64,000 nucleotides of DNA from Spirochaetia bacterium (GTDB lineage: Bacteria; Spirochaetota; Spirochaetia; UBA9216), in the NCBI GenBank assembly GCA_963677925.2, contig CAXXYH010000004.1:736001-800000 (forward strand), written 5' to 3'. The notes beneath the pieces were generated by a model. That model was given only the letters and a program-made list of their open reading frames with translations, had not been told where the DNA came from and made no database searches. Positions 20,092-28,870 of the stretch are shown piece after piece (within the stretch, counting starts at the first letter, position 1; the number at the start of each line of letters is the position of its first letter). A program made the translations under genes and the position numbers.

Positions 20092-21615
20092 TTAAATCAT
20101 GCATTCAACAATGTCCTGCTCGGACAGTTCCGGGCTCCGCTCGAATTTACCCGCAAGCCTTCCGTCTTTCAGGATCAGAAGTCTGTCCGACATTCCGATC
20201 AGCTCGGTGAGTTCTTCAGATATCATCACGATAGCCTTGCCTTCGTTTTTCATGTTCTCAATAAGTTCATACATTGCCGCTTTTACACCGACATCCACTC
20301 CGCGGGTCGGACAGTCAAGTATCAGGATGTCGCAGTCTCTGCCGACCCACTTGCCGAAAACCACCTTCTGCTTGTTTCCGCCGGAGAGATATTGAACATT
20401 CTGATCAATTGAAGCGCATTTTATAGAAAGGTTTTTGATCTGTGTGTTTACGTATTCATGTTCTTTTTTAGGGAGGATAAAGGGTCCGCTTCTAACCTTG
20501 TCGATTCCGGCAGCAGCTATGTTGTCTGAAATTGAAGCTGCAAGGACAAGGGCTTCCTTGTCCCTGTCTTTTGAGACGTAACCCATGGAGTGCCTGAGTG
20601 CGGTTTTTGCACTGTTTATTAAATCACCGCTTGGTATATGAGTGACTTTTCCGGTAAGAAGCTTTTCCTCGCCGAAGAGAACTTTTCCAAGTTCATGCAT
20701 ACCGCAGTGTGAAAGTCCGCCTATTCCCACTATTTCGCCTCGATGAAGCTTCATTGAAAAGTTCATCAGCAAGCCTGACGCCGAAGTTACGCCATCGGCT
20801 TCAAGAAATACTTCATCCGAGCTTCTGCCGTTAAAATCTTCACGGTAATATTTATCACCCATCTCTCTGCCGACCATATGTCTTTTTATTATGGTTGTGT
20901 CAAATTTGTTTTTATCGAGCGTAGTAATCAGGTTTCCGTCACGCAGCACCGTCAGTGTATCGCAGACTTCCATAAGCTCATCAAGGTCGTGAGAAATGAA
21001 AATGACAGCTTTTCCTTCGTCACGCATCCTGTTCATTATTCCGTAGGTTATCTCTCTGCCGTGATGAGAAAGGGCGGTGGTTGTTTCATCAACCACAAGA
21101 ACATCAGGGTTATTAATCATCACTCTTGCAATCTCAATAAGTTTTCTGTCCTGCAGATCAAGGCTGTCTATGTACAGCGAGGGGTCTACCTTGTCCAGAC
21201 CGATCTTTTCAAGAGCCTCTGCTGCGGCCCGGAACATTGCTTTTCTGTTGATGATGCCGAATTTTCTGAAACGGTTTTCTTCGCCAAGGAATATGTTCTG
21301 TGCAATTGTAATTCCTGATACATAACCCTGTTCCTGCACTATCATTCCAATTCCGGAGGCGCTTCCCTCTATCATGGTTTTTGGTGCATGGGGCTGCCCT
21401 TTATACAGTATTTCGCCTTGAGTAGCAGGCTGCATTCCGGCTATTATTGATGTGATAGTTGATTTTCCGGAGCCGTTTTCTCCGATAAGTCCGGTTATCT
21501 GCCCGTTGTAAATTTTGAGATTTACCATATTAAGAGCTGTGGTAGGGCCGAAAACCTTACAAAGGTCAATGGTTTCGACGACAGGATTCGCTCTGTCGAT
21601 GTCTGAACTTCCCAT
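20092..21615 (-). CDS. Sugar ABC transporter ATP-binding protein (two NBDs, RbsA/MglA-like)
   Basis: GENGSGKST; LSGGNKQKVV; PTRGVDVG. Confidence 0.93.
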   Translation of the reverse strand: MGSSDIDRANPVVETIDLCKVFGPTTALNMVNLKIYNGQITGLIGENGSGKSTITSIIAGMQPATQGEILYKGQPHAPKTMIEGSASGIGMIVQEQGYVSGITIAQNIFLGEENRFRKFGIINRKAMFRAAAEALEKIGLDKVDPSLYIDSLDLQDRKLIEIARVMINNPDVLVVDETTTALSHHGREITYGIMNRMRDEGKAVIFISHDLDELMEVCDTLTVLRDGNLITTLDKNKFDTTIIKRHMVGREMGDKYYREDFNGRSSDEVFLEADGVTSASGLLMNFSMKLHRGEIVGIGGLSHCGMHELGKVLFGEEKLLTGKVTHIPSGDLINSAKTALRHSMGYVSKDRDKEALVLAASISDNIAAAGIDKVRSGPFILPKKEHEYVNTQIKNLSIKCASIDQNVQYLSGGNKQKVVFGKWVGRDCDILILDCPTRGVDVGVKAAMYELIENMKNEGKAIVMISEELTELIGMSDRLLILKDGRLAGKFERSPELSEQDIVECMI

Positions 21616-21778
21616 ATCTTCTCCATGCAGTTAATTAAATGCAAATAAGAATGTGTTTGTTTCTGAATCTGCGTTAAGTATAGACGATCACGAGCTTGAG
21701 TCAAATGTTTCATCTTTACAAGAATCCGACTTTTTTTGTTGTCTGTTTGGAAAACCTGTAATAAAATTAATCAGACAT

Positions 21779-22918
21779 ATGAGTATTTCTGTAAAATCAA
21801 CCAGATATGCAACTCCCGGAATGGTTCAGGATGCAGCTGAAAAGCTCTATCTGAATACCGGTGTACGGGTTACCTTTCCCAAGGCGCTTGAGTATCTCAG
21901 ACGAACAGATAAACTTCCTAATGTTTCTCCGACGATGCCTGACTTTCCTGACAGCCCTACCTGGAGGGAATTTGATGATTTGATTCTAAGTCTGCCCTTT
22001 AATGCAGATCAGATTATGGAAACAGACCGAAAACTCCACGGAGACGGAACACTGCAGGAGGCAGGAATTTTCCCCTCAGAGAAGGATGTTTTCTGTTTTA
22101 AACATCTTCCCTACATGAATCATACCCAGCACTGCCACGATTATTTTGAAATTACATACCTGTATCACGGTTCGTGCACAATGCTTTTTGAGAATCAGAG
22201 GTTTCAGCTGAGTGAGGGAGAGCTCTGCATCATTCCGCCCATGTCGCCGCATAACCAGCCTATTGAAAAAGATTCGATAGCACTTGGTATTGTCGTGAGG
22301 AAGACGACATTCAATTCAATTTTCGGTGAATTGCTGACCCACAAGGATCTGCTGTCGACTTTTTTCAGAAACTCGCTATATGAATCCAACCAGACAAATT
22401 ATCTGATTCTGAAAACTGAACCGGTTGCCCAGCTTCGTGATATTATTCATCAGCTCGCATATGAATGCAGTGTGCACGGACCATATGCAAATGCAATAAG
22501 CATCAGTCTGTTTAATCTCTTTCTGGCTCACACCCTAAGAAGATATCGTGATAATATTACCATCTACCGGATGGAGGATTTAGCCCGGAGATCTCAGGAC
22601 TTTCCGATGATCCTTCAGTATATTCAGCAGAATTACAAAACGGTGACATTGTCTTCACTGGCGGATGTTTTCCATTACTCAGAATCGCATATCTGCAGGT
22701 TAATACAGAAAAACCTGAATCAGAATTTTACAGCGGTTGTCAGAAAGCTGAAGATGGCCCGGGCAAAGGATTATATGGAAAATACATCATTGAAGGTTTC
22801 CGAAGTTACCGACCTGGTCGGATATGAGTCGGTCGATCACTTCTCAAGGACCTTCAAGAAAACTTACGGAGCCGCGCCTCTCGAATACAGAAAAAAACAC
22901 AGGATGGAAAATACATAA
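21779..22918 (+). CDS. AraC-family regulator with cupin domain and N-terminal extension
   Basis: HCHDYFEITY cupin and C-terminal VGYESVDHFSRTFKKTYG HTH; divergent from the glycoside operon. Start uncertain (21779 or 21821). Confidence 0.88.
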   Translation: MSISVKSTRYATPGMVQDAAEKLYLNTGVRVTFPKALEYLRRTDKLPNVSPTMPDFPDSPTWREFDDLILSLPFNADQIMETDRKLHGDGTLQEAGIFPSEKDVFCFKHLPYMNHTQHCHDYFEITYLYHGSCTMLFENQRFQLSEGELCIIPPMSPHNQPIEKDSIALGIVVRKTTFNSIFGELLTHKDLLSTFFRNSLYESNQTNYLILKTEPVAQLRDIIHQLAYECSVHGPYANAISISLFNLFLAHTLRRYRDNITIYRMEDLARRSQDFPMILQYIQQNYKTVTLSSLADVFHYSESHICRLIQKNLNQNFTAVVRKLKMARAKDYMENTSLKVSEVTDLVGYESVDHFSRTFKKTYGAAPLEYRKKHRMENT

Positions 22919-24180
22919 TGGGAAAATCATCAGATATCACTAAAGATCTTCAGTACTGGAAGTTCTCTTTTTACGGCTTTCTAAAAAACCTTCAGTTTTT
23001 TGATCCCTTTTTAATTCTGTTTTTCAGGGAAATGGGCATCAGTTTTCTGGAGATTGGAATCTTATACTCGGTTCGTGAGATTGTAACAAATATCACTGAA
23101 ATTCCCACCGGTGTAATAGCCGATACCCTCGGCAGGCGGACAGCCATGATTCTGGCCTTTGTTTCCTATATAGGCAGTTTTCTGATATTTTACTTTTTCC
23201 CGTCCTACTATCTGTATATAGCCGCGATGATTCTGTTTGCTCTGGGAGAGAGTTTCCGTTCAGGTACCCACAAGGCCATGATTATGGAATACCTTAAACT
23301 TAATGACATGACAAAGCAGAAGGTTGCCTATTACGGACATACCCGGGGCTGGGCTCAGCTTGGCTCGGCTGTATCTGCTGTTATTTCTGCGGTGCTTGTC
23401 TTTTTTACCGGCAGTTTCAGGGCTGTTTTTCTGTGGAGTATTATTCCCTATGTCCTGGGAGCTCTGCTTATTTTTTCATATCCCAGGAATCTGGATTTCT
23501 CCTGTGATGAAGATGATGGATGCCGGGATGATGCTAAACCCGGCTGGAAGGATGTGGTCAAAACACTTAAAGATTTTATCGGGCTTTTTACCGACGCATC
23601 AATAAGACGGGCCCTGCTCAATTCGAGCCTTTTTGACGCTGTATTCAAATCTGTTAAGGATTATGTTCAGCCGGTGCTTAAGACCCTGGCCCTCTCTCTG
23701 CCGCTTCTTGCTGCCCTTGAGGGAAACCAGCGCGTAGCGGTTGTTTCGGGTATTGTGTATTTTCTGCTTTATCTGCTGACCAGCTACGCAAGCAGTCATG
23801 CCTCGGCCTTCCATTCAATGTTCAAGTCGGAAACGACCGGTCTCAACCTTACCTTTATTTTCAGTATTATCCTGATTGCCGGTATTTCCGGTTTTCTCTG
23901 GGCCGGGCTGAATGTGCCTGCGGTTATTCTGTTTATAGTTTTCTACCTGCTTGAGAATGTAAGAAGACCGGCAACCCTGGGATACATCAGCGATCACATT
24001 AAGGGGTCGGTCATGGCGACCGGGCTCTCAGGGGAAAGTCAGCTTAAGACCCTCTTTGTAGCAATAATAGCACCCCTCTTCGGTTTTACGATTGACCGCC
24101 TTGGACTGGGCGGAGCTATGATCTTTTTGGCCCTTCTACCGGCATTTGCCTACGGCTTTGTGCGCTTCAGGAAAAAATAA
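22918..24180 (+). CDS. MFS transporter
   Basis: EIPTGVIADTLGRR motif A; about 12 TM; coupled to araC by TAATG. Confidence 0.88.
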   Translation: MGKSSDITKDLQYWKFSFYGFLKNLQFFDPFLILFFREMGISFLEIGILYSVREIVTNITEIPTGVIADTLGRRTAMILAFVSYIGSFLIFYFFPSYYLYIAAMILFALGESFRSGTHKAMIMEYLKLNDMTKQKVAYYGHTRGWAQLGSAVSAVISAVLVFFTGSFRAVFLWSIIPYVLGALLIFSYPRNLDFSCDEDDGCRDDAKPGWKDVVKTLKDFIGLFTDASIRRALLNSSLFDAVFKSVKDYVQPVLKTLALSLPLLAALEGNQRVAVVSGIVYFLLYLLTSYASSHASAFHSMFKSETTGLNLTFIFSIILIAGISGFLWAGLNVPAVILFIVFYLLENVRRPATLGYISDHIKGSVMATGLSGESQLKTLFVAIIAPLFGFTIDRLGLGGAMIFLALLPAFAYGFVRFRKK

Positions 24181-24239
24181 TTGCGGGAACCAGTTTTATG
24201 AATTAAACTTGAGCAAATTACTACTTTTAGGAGAAACTA

Positions 24240-24581
24240 ATGAAGAAATCACTTGTTGTTTTAATCGTGCTGATTGTAGGTGTGCTTGGATTTACTGGAT
24301 GTTCAATGGGTCTTCCTACTGCGGAAAATCTTGTTGGAACAGTCTGGGAGAATGCTGTGCTTGGAACAGGAGAAAGGGTCACTTTTACTTCACTTACAGA
24401 AGTAAGGGTTTCTACCATCTTAGCTGGAGATGATGTCATTTATTTTGATTATGATTACACATATGATGAAGAGACTTTAACTGGCGTTATTGATTCAGCT
24501 TCTGAGTTTGAAATTTCAGAAGATGGATCAGAGTTAACATACGAAGGAAGCGTATATGACTACTCTGGAACCACTGAATAA
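24240..24581 (+). CDS. Small acidic lipoprotein of unknown function
   Basis: AGGAG RBS; lipobox FTGC; followed by a terminator. Confidence 0.75.
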   Translation: MKKSLVVLIVLIVGVLGFTGCSMGLPTAENLVGTVWENAVLGTGERVTFTSLTEVRVSTILAGDDVIYFDYDYTYDEETLTGVIDSASEFEISEDGSELTYEGSVYDYSGTTE

Positions 24582-24600
24582 ATAGAGCACATACTTTTTC

Positions 24601-24630
24601 AGCCGCTGCGTTTCTGCAGCGGTTTTTTTT
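24601..24630 (+). terminator. Intrinsic terminator
   Basis: AGCCGCTGC-GTTTCT-GCAGCGGTTTTTTTT. Confidence 0.85.
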
Positions 24631-24675
24631 ATGTCATTTTGGCTTTATATATAGATATAAAATTACCTATAATCA

Positions 24676-24703
24676 AAATTTCTGGTAATACTACCAGAAA
24701 TTT
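24676..24703. promoter_or_regulatory. Perfect inverted repeat, putative operator upstream of the tat operon
   Basis: AAATTTCTGGTA-ATAC-TACCAGAAATTT; the TGGT..ACCA core resembles FadR/GntR sites. Confidence 0.6.
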
Positions 24704-24707
24704 GAAT

Positions 24708-24725
24708 TAGATAAATGTTTATCTA
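24708..24725. promoter_or_regulatory. TAGATAA-N4-TTATCTA operator, copy 1
   Basis: TAGATAAATGTTTATCTA, 3 bp upstream of the -35; same motif at 36139-36156. Confidence 0.65.
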
Positions 24726-24728
24726 TAG

Positions 24729-24757
24729 TTGACGGCTGAAATTCTATCTCCTATACT
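24729..24757 (+). promoter_or_regulatory. Sigma70 promoter of the tat operon
   Basis: TTGACG-17 bp-TATACT. Confidence 0.75.
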
Positions 24758-24801
24758 TGGCAGGATTCAGATCACTTCAAAAATCTTCAAGGATGTCAGG
24801 T

Positions 24802-24899
24802 CTGGAAAACGAAAAAACGCAGCAGAAGATAATAAACAGAAGAAGAGCTTCTCAAGAAGAGACTTCCTCAAGGGTGCTGCTGCACCTCGGAAATATTAA
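24802..24899 (+). pseudogene. Twin-arginine signal-peptide remnant or mini-ORF upstream of tatC
   Basis: Frame ending at TAA 24897-24899 reads NAAEDNKQKKSFSRRDFLKGAAAPRKY*, resembling the N-terminus of the 26529 reductase. One extra A in the A6 run (24812-24817) would join it to the upstream LENEK codons. Confidence 0.6.
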
Positions 24900-24911
24900 T
24901 CCGGAGAGGGT

Positions 24912-25664
24912 ATGGGAAAAAAGCATGATCAGATGTCTCTTCTTGAACATATAGGAGAGCTTAGAACAAAACTAATAGTATCTGTCATAGCAGTTATTGC
25001 AGCTTCAGTTGTCTGCTTTATGTTTTATGACAGGTTGTATCAGATTTTTTTCCGTCCCTTCGAAGGTCTGGAAAATGAAAACGGGCAGAAGCTTTTTATC
25101 AACTACATATACGAAGGCTTCATGCTCAAATTCAAATTATCAATAATAGCCGGAATAGTATTGTCTTTTCCGATTCATATGTACAACATCCTCAGTTTTA
25201 TCTTTCCGGGACTGACAAAAAAGGAAAGCAGGATTATTGCTATCTGTCTTATTGCTGCACTTGCGCTTGCTGTCCTTGGATTCTATTACGGCTATTTTTA
25301 TATTGTTCCGATTTCCATAAGGTTTTTATCCGGTTCCGGATTTATACCTGAAGGGGTCGGAATGCTTCTTAATTTTGACAGGAACATTTTCTACATCCTT
25401 CAGTTTATGCTCGTTTCAGTTCTTGTTTTTCAGCTGCCGGTAATTCTGGAAGTACTGCTTATACTTAACATAATTGACAGGAAGGCCCTCCTTAAGGCTA
25501 GCCGTTATATCATCGTTGGGATTTTCATACTTTCAGCTTTATTTACGCCTCCTGACTTCATCTCCCAGATTGCCGTAGCTGTGCCTCTGATAGCGCTTTT
25601 CTTCATCACTATTCTCATAGCCTACATTTTCAGATTCGGAAACGGAGGTTTTGAGGATGCTTAA
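24912..25664 (+). CDS. tatC: Twin-arginine translocase subunit TatC
   Basis: MSLLEHIGELR, FIFPGL..KE, FQLP and FTPPDFISQ; six TM. Confidence 0.93.
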   Translation: MGKKHDQMSLLEHIGELRTKLIVSVIAVIAASVVCFMFYDRLYQIFFRPFEGLENENGQKLFINYIYEGFMLKFKLSIIAGIVLSFPIHMYNILSFIFPGLTKKESRIIAICLIAALALAVLGFYYGYFYIVPISIRFLSGSGFIPEGVGMLLNFDRNIFYILQFMLVSVLVFQLPVILEVLLILNIIDRKALLKASRYIIVGIFILSALFTPPDFISQIAVAVPLIALFFITILIAYIFRFGNGGFEDA

Positions 25665-25860
25665 CATCGGTTTATCAGAGGTATTTATTTTGGCAGTTAT
25701 TATCCTTCTGTTTTTAAGGCCGAAGGATGTTCCGGTAATAACCAGAAAGATCGGGAAGATAATGGGTACTTTCAGGAATTACAGAGAAACAATAGACAGG
25801 GAAATCAAAGATCTGGGAAAGATTGATGATTTGGAAAATGATAAGGAGAAAAAATCATGA
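25657..25860 (+). CDS. tatB: TatB-like translocase subunit
   Basis: MLNIGLSEVFILAVIILLFLRPKDVP..RKIGK; ATG after GGAGG. Confidence 0.7.
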   Translation: MLNIGLSEVFILAVIILLFLRPKDVPVITRKIGKIMGTFRNYRETIDREIKDLGKIDDLENDKEKKS

Positions 25861-26060
25861 TTGGAACTACAGAAATTGTTGTTGTAGCCGCTACCGGGCT
25901 TATTCTTTTCGGTTCGGCTGCTCTTCCGAAGTTTGCAAGATCAATTGGACAGGCAAAGAAGGAGCTGGAAAAGGGTATCAAGGAAGGCTATGTAGAAGAA
26001 GCTGCAGAAAAAGTCGCAGATGAGGCTCCGGCTGCAGGAAAAAGAAAGGCAAGAAAATAG
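25857..26060 (+). CDS. tatA: Twin-arginine translocase subunit TatA
   Basis: MIGTTEIVVV...LILFGSAALPKFARSIGQAKKELEKG. Confidence 0.85.
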   Translation: MIGTTEIVVVAATGLILFGSAALPKFARSIGQAKKELEKGIKEGYVEEAAEKVADEAPAAGKRKARK

Positions 26061-26088
26061 GTTTATAAAAATCATTTTAGGAGAAAAT

Positions 26089-26460
26089 ATGAGATCAGCT
26101 AAAAGAATGCCGGTAATCATTACGGCCGTATTATCAATTCTCGTTTTAGCAGTAATTTCGGGATGCGCTTCAGTGAAGGCTCCTGTATATGCAGACGGTG
26201 AATACACAGGAAGCAGTACTGCAGGGATGGGCGGAAAGCTCAATGTTGCAGTTATAATTACAGAGGGAATGATTTCAGATGTTAAGGTTACTGCCCATAA
26301 CGAAACACCAGGAATCGGAACAAATGCTATTGATGCCCTGCCTGGAAAAATAGTTGAAGCCCAGTCAACAGAGGTTGATTCTGTAGCAGGAGCCTCAATG
26401 ACCTCTACTGCGATTAAAGAAGCTGTAGGCGCAGCACTCGCAGAAGCAGAAGGCAAATGA
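26089..26460 (+). CDS. FMN-binding (ApbE-flavinylated) lipoprotein
   Basis: Lipobox VISGC; YADGEYTG..G.GG...HNETPGIG...VDSVAGASMTS FMN_bind domain; ATG after AGGAG. Confidence 0.88.
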   Translation: MRSAKRMPVIITAVLSILVLAVISGCASVKAPVYADGEYTGSSTAGMGGKLNVAVIITEGMISDVKVTAHNETPGIGTNAIDALPGKIVEAQSTEVDSVAGASMTSTAIKEAVGAALAEAEGK

Positions 26461-26465
26461 ACATC

Positions 26466-26499
26466 AAAGCGGCTCTGAAATACAGAAGCCGCTTTTTTT
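26466..26499 (+). terminator. Intrinsic terminator between the FMN-binding gene and the reductase
   Basis: AAAGCGGCT-CTGAAATACAGA-AGCCGCTTTTTTT. Confidence 0.7.
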
Positions 26500-26528
26500 A
26501 GAAGAAGTAACAACAAAGGAGAAGCCTC

Positions 26529-28295
26529 GTGGAAAAGAAAAATCCTGAAGCCAACGAAAAAAAGAGCGGAATTTCCAGAAGAGATTTTATGAAGGGCGCT
26601 GCCGGAGGAGCTGCAGCTCTTGCCGCCGCAAGTGTCCTCAGCGGATGTACTACTACAGGTGCAGCCGGCGGAAGCACAGGTTCAGTTTCGGCAAATGGTC
26701 TTATGACTGCCGAAAAAGCCGCCAACATGAAGTGGAATTTTGAAATTGCCCCGAAACCGGTTTCAGAGTCAAAGATCTCAAAAACATATACACATGATGT
26801 AGTCGTTATCGGTGCAGGACTCTCAGGGCTCTGTACTATGTGCTCAGCTCTTGAAAGCGGTGCAGATGCAGTCATGTTTTCTGCCAGTTCAAAGCCTATA
26901 GGCCGCGGCGGATCGAACCATGCAATCGGTTCGAAATACCAGAAAGAGATGGGTATTGAATATACACCTGAAATTGCCCGTGAAATCGTTAAAACCGAGC
27001 AGACTTCCGGAACCTATTTCATGGATAAGCAGAAATGGGCCAAGTGGATCAACAACAGTGCTGAAGCAGTAGACTGGATGATCGACAAGATGGAAGCCAA
27101 AGGACTTAAAACCTCCCTCGAAGCCGGTTATTATGATCCGGACGGTGTTCTTACTGTTCCTCATGCTTCACATAACTTTTTTACCGATGAACAGCCGCTT
27201 GGTGTTTTCTTCGGTGCACCGCTTCAGGCCAAAGCCTATGCAGAGCATATAAAAGACATGGGCGGAGAGATCCACTTTAAGACTATTGCCCAGTATCTTA
27301 TCAGGGAAAATGATAATACCGGAAGGGTTTCGGCTGTTGTAGCCAAAACAGAAGACGGAAGCTATGTTAAGTACGTTGCCAGAAAGGCAGTTGTTCTTGC
27401 TACCGGAGACTTTTCAAGAGATAAGGACATGCTTGCAAAATACAGTCCCTGGGCCTACGGTCTTTTCAAGGATAAGCTTGCAGCTGAACCCAATTATGAT
27501 GCTGAAATGACATTTGACGGACTTATGCCCGGCGACGGTCAGAAGATGGGTCTCTGGGTAGGTGCAGGATGGCAGAGAACCTTCCCGAATGCTCCTGTTA
27601 TCAACGGCGGTGCTGCAGGTCCAAGCCATGCAATCATCTCTAACTTCTGGGGCTGTAACCTCGATGTCAACGGAAAGAGATACCAGAACGAATGTACAAA
27701 CTTTGCATACGGCGCCATGTCGGTACTTCAGCTTCCCAAGCAGACAGCATTCGGAATATGGGATGCCGGATACGCCTACACTCAGGAAGAATGGGAACCG
27801 CTCGGGTACACAATCGGCCAGGTGAATGGAATCAAGCCCCTCTCTCCGGAAGAATATCTTGAGTCATGGAAGAACAATCCTTCGTTCATAAAGGCTGATA
27901 CAATTGAAGACCTCGTTGCACAGCTTGATATGGATGATGAAGGAAAGAAGAATGCTCTTGAATCCATAAAGAATTACACCAGATATGCAGAACAGGGATA
28001 TGATGAAGAGTTTCAGGTTAACCCCAAGATTCTTTTCCCCATCAAACAGGGACCCTTCTTTGCATCAAAAACAGTCGGCGCAACCTTCCTTGCTGTAACA
28101 GGTGGACTTAGAACCAATACAGATCTTCAGGTATGTGATGCTGACGATAATCCAATCGAAGGTCTCTACAACACCGGAACAATGGTCGGCGACTTTTACG
28201 CCAACTCATATAACTTTGTTATGCCGGGACAGAACCTCGGAGCTCTCTGCTGTACACTTTCCTATATGCTTGGACGTGATCTGGCAGCCTTATAA
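26529..28295 (+). CDS. Tat-exported FAD-dependent oxidoreductase lipoprotein (flavocytochrome c / fumarate-reductase flavoprotein superfamily)
   Basis: SRRDFMK Tat motif, VLSGC lipobox, DVVVIGAGLSG, VVLATGDF, GGLRTN and IEGLY. GTG start after AAGGAG. Confidence 0.9.
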   Translation: MEKKNPEANEKKSGISRRDFMKGAAGGAAALAAASVLSGCTTTGAAGGSTGSVSANGLMTAEKAANMKWNFEIAPKPVSESKISKTYTHDVVVIGAGLSGLCTMCSALESGADAVMFSASSKPIGRGGSNHAIGSKYQKEMGIEYTPEIAREIVKTEQTSGTYFMDKQKWAKWINNSAEAVDWMIDKMEAKGLKTSLEAGYYDPDGVLTVPHASHNFFTDEQPLGVFFGAPLQAKAYAEHIKDMGGEIHFKTIAQYLIRENDNTGRVSAVVAKTEDGSYVKYVARKAVVLATGDFSRDKDMLAKYSPWAYGLFKDKLAAEPNYDAEMTFDGLMPGDGQKMGLWVGAGWQRTFPNAPVINGGAAGPSHAIISNFWGCNLDVNGKRYQNECTNFAYGAMSVLQLPKQTAFGIWDAGYAYTQEEWEPLGYTIGQVNGIKPLSPEEYLESWKNNPSFIKADTIEDLVAQLDMDDEGKKNALESIKNYTRYAEQGYDEEFQVNPKILFPIKQGPFFASKTVGATFLAVTGGLRTNTDLQVCDADDNPIEGLYNTGTMVGDFYANSYNFVMPGQNLGALCCTLSYMLGRDLAAL

Positions 28296-28309
28296 TTTTC
28301 AAATAACTC

Positions 28310-28340
28310 AGCGGGGTGGACAAGAGTCCGCTTCGCTTTT
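28310..28340 (+). terminator. Intrinsic terminator after the reductase
   Basis: AGCGGGGTGGAC-AAGA-GTCCGCTTCGCT then TTT. Confidence 0.7.
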
Positions 28341-28432
28341 CATCAAATCTATACAGGTACCTTTCTTTTTCCTTCTTGCAATAAATCTCTGTTTCCTTTA
28401 AACATAAAACAACACCAATTCGGAGGAATAAG

Positions 28433-28708
28433 ATGACAATCAAACATAATGTATATTTTGACGGTGCAGTTCAGAGTCTCGGCTTTATCGATGCAGAAGG
28501 GAAGACTTCAATGAGTGCCGGAACCGTACTTCCCGGAGACTATGATTTCGGAACAGCCGGACCGAAGGAAACAATGACTGTAACAAGCGGTGCACTCACA
28601 ATAAACGGCAAGACCTATAATGTCGGCGACACCTGTGTTGTTGAGACCGGCGAAAAGATCAATATCGCCGCTGCAGAAGAATCAAGCTACACCTGCTATT
28701 ACGGCTGA
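28433..28708 (+). CDS. ppnP: Pyrimidine/purine nucleoside phosphorylase
   Basis: HNVYFDGAVQSLGF, PGDYDFGT..KETMTVTSG and YTCYY. Confidence 0.85.
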   Translation: MTIKHNVYFDGAVQSLGFIDAEGKTSMSAGTVLPGDYDFGTAGPKETMTVTSGALTINGKTYNVGDTCVVETGEKINIAAAEESSYTCYYG

Positions 28709-28776
28709 AAGCATAAACCCCTTTATAAACAACTGTGAACTCCAGTTTTCAGTTGTTCAGCTTAGATATCCTGAAT

Positions 28777-28812
28777 AAAAGAATAAGCCTCAAGACAGCT
28801 TATTCTTTTTTT
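28777..28812 (+). terminator. Intrinsic terminator after ppnP
   Basis: AAAAGAATAAGC-CTCAAGACA-GCTTATTCTTTTTTT. Confidence 0.7.
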
Positions 28813-28870
28813 CCCACTTTAAAAATTCCTCCGCTCTTAGTATTATTAATATACAAATATGGAGGACTTC

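Noticed and set aside
24757-24954. 65-aa ORF overlapping the tatC start
   Set aside because: It begins inside the -10 box and shows no protein features. The meaningful signal (SRRDFLK) is in a different frame.
25941-26516. 191-aa antisense ORF
   Set aside because: Shadow of tatA and the FMN-binding gene, with no motif.
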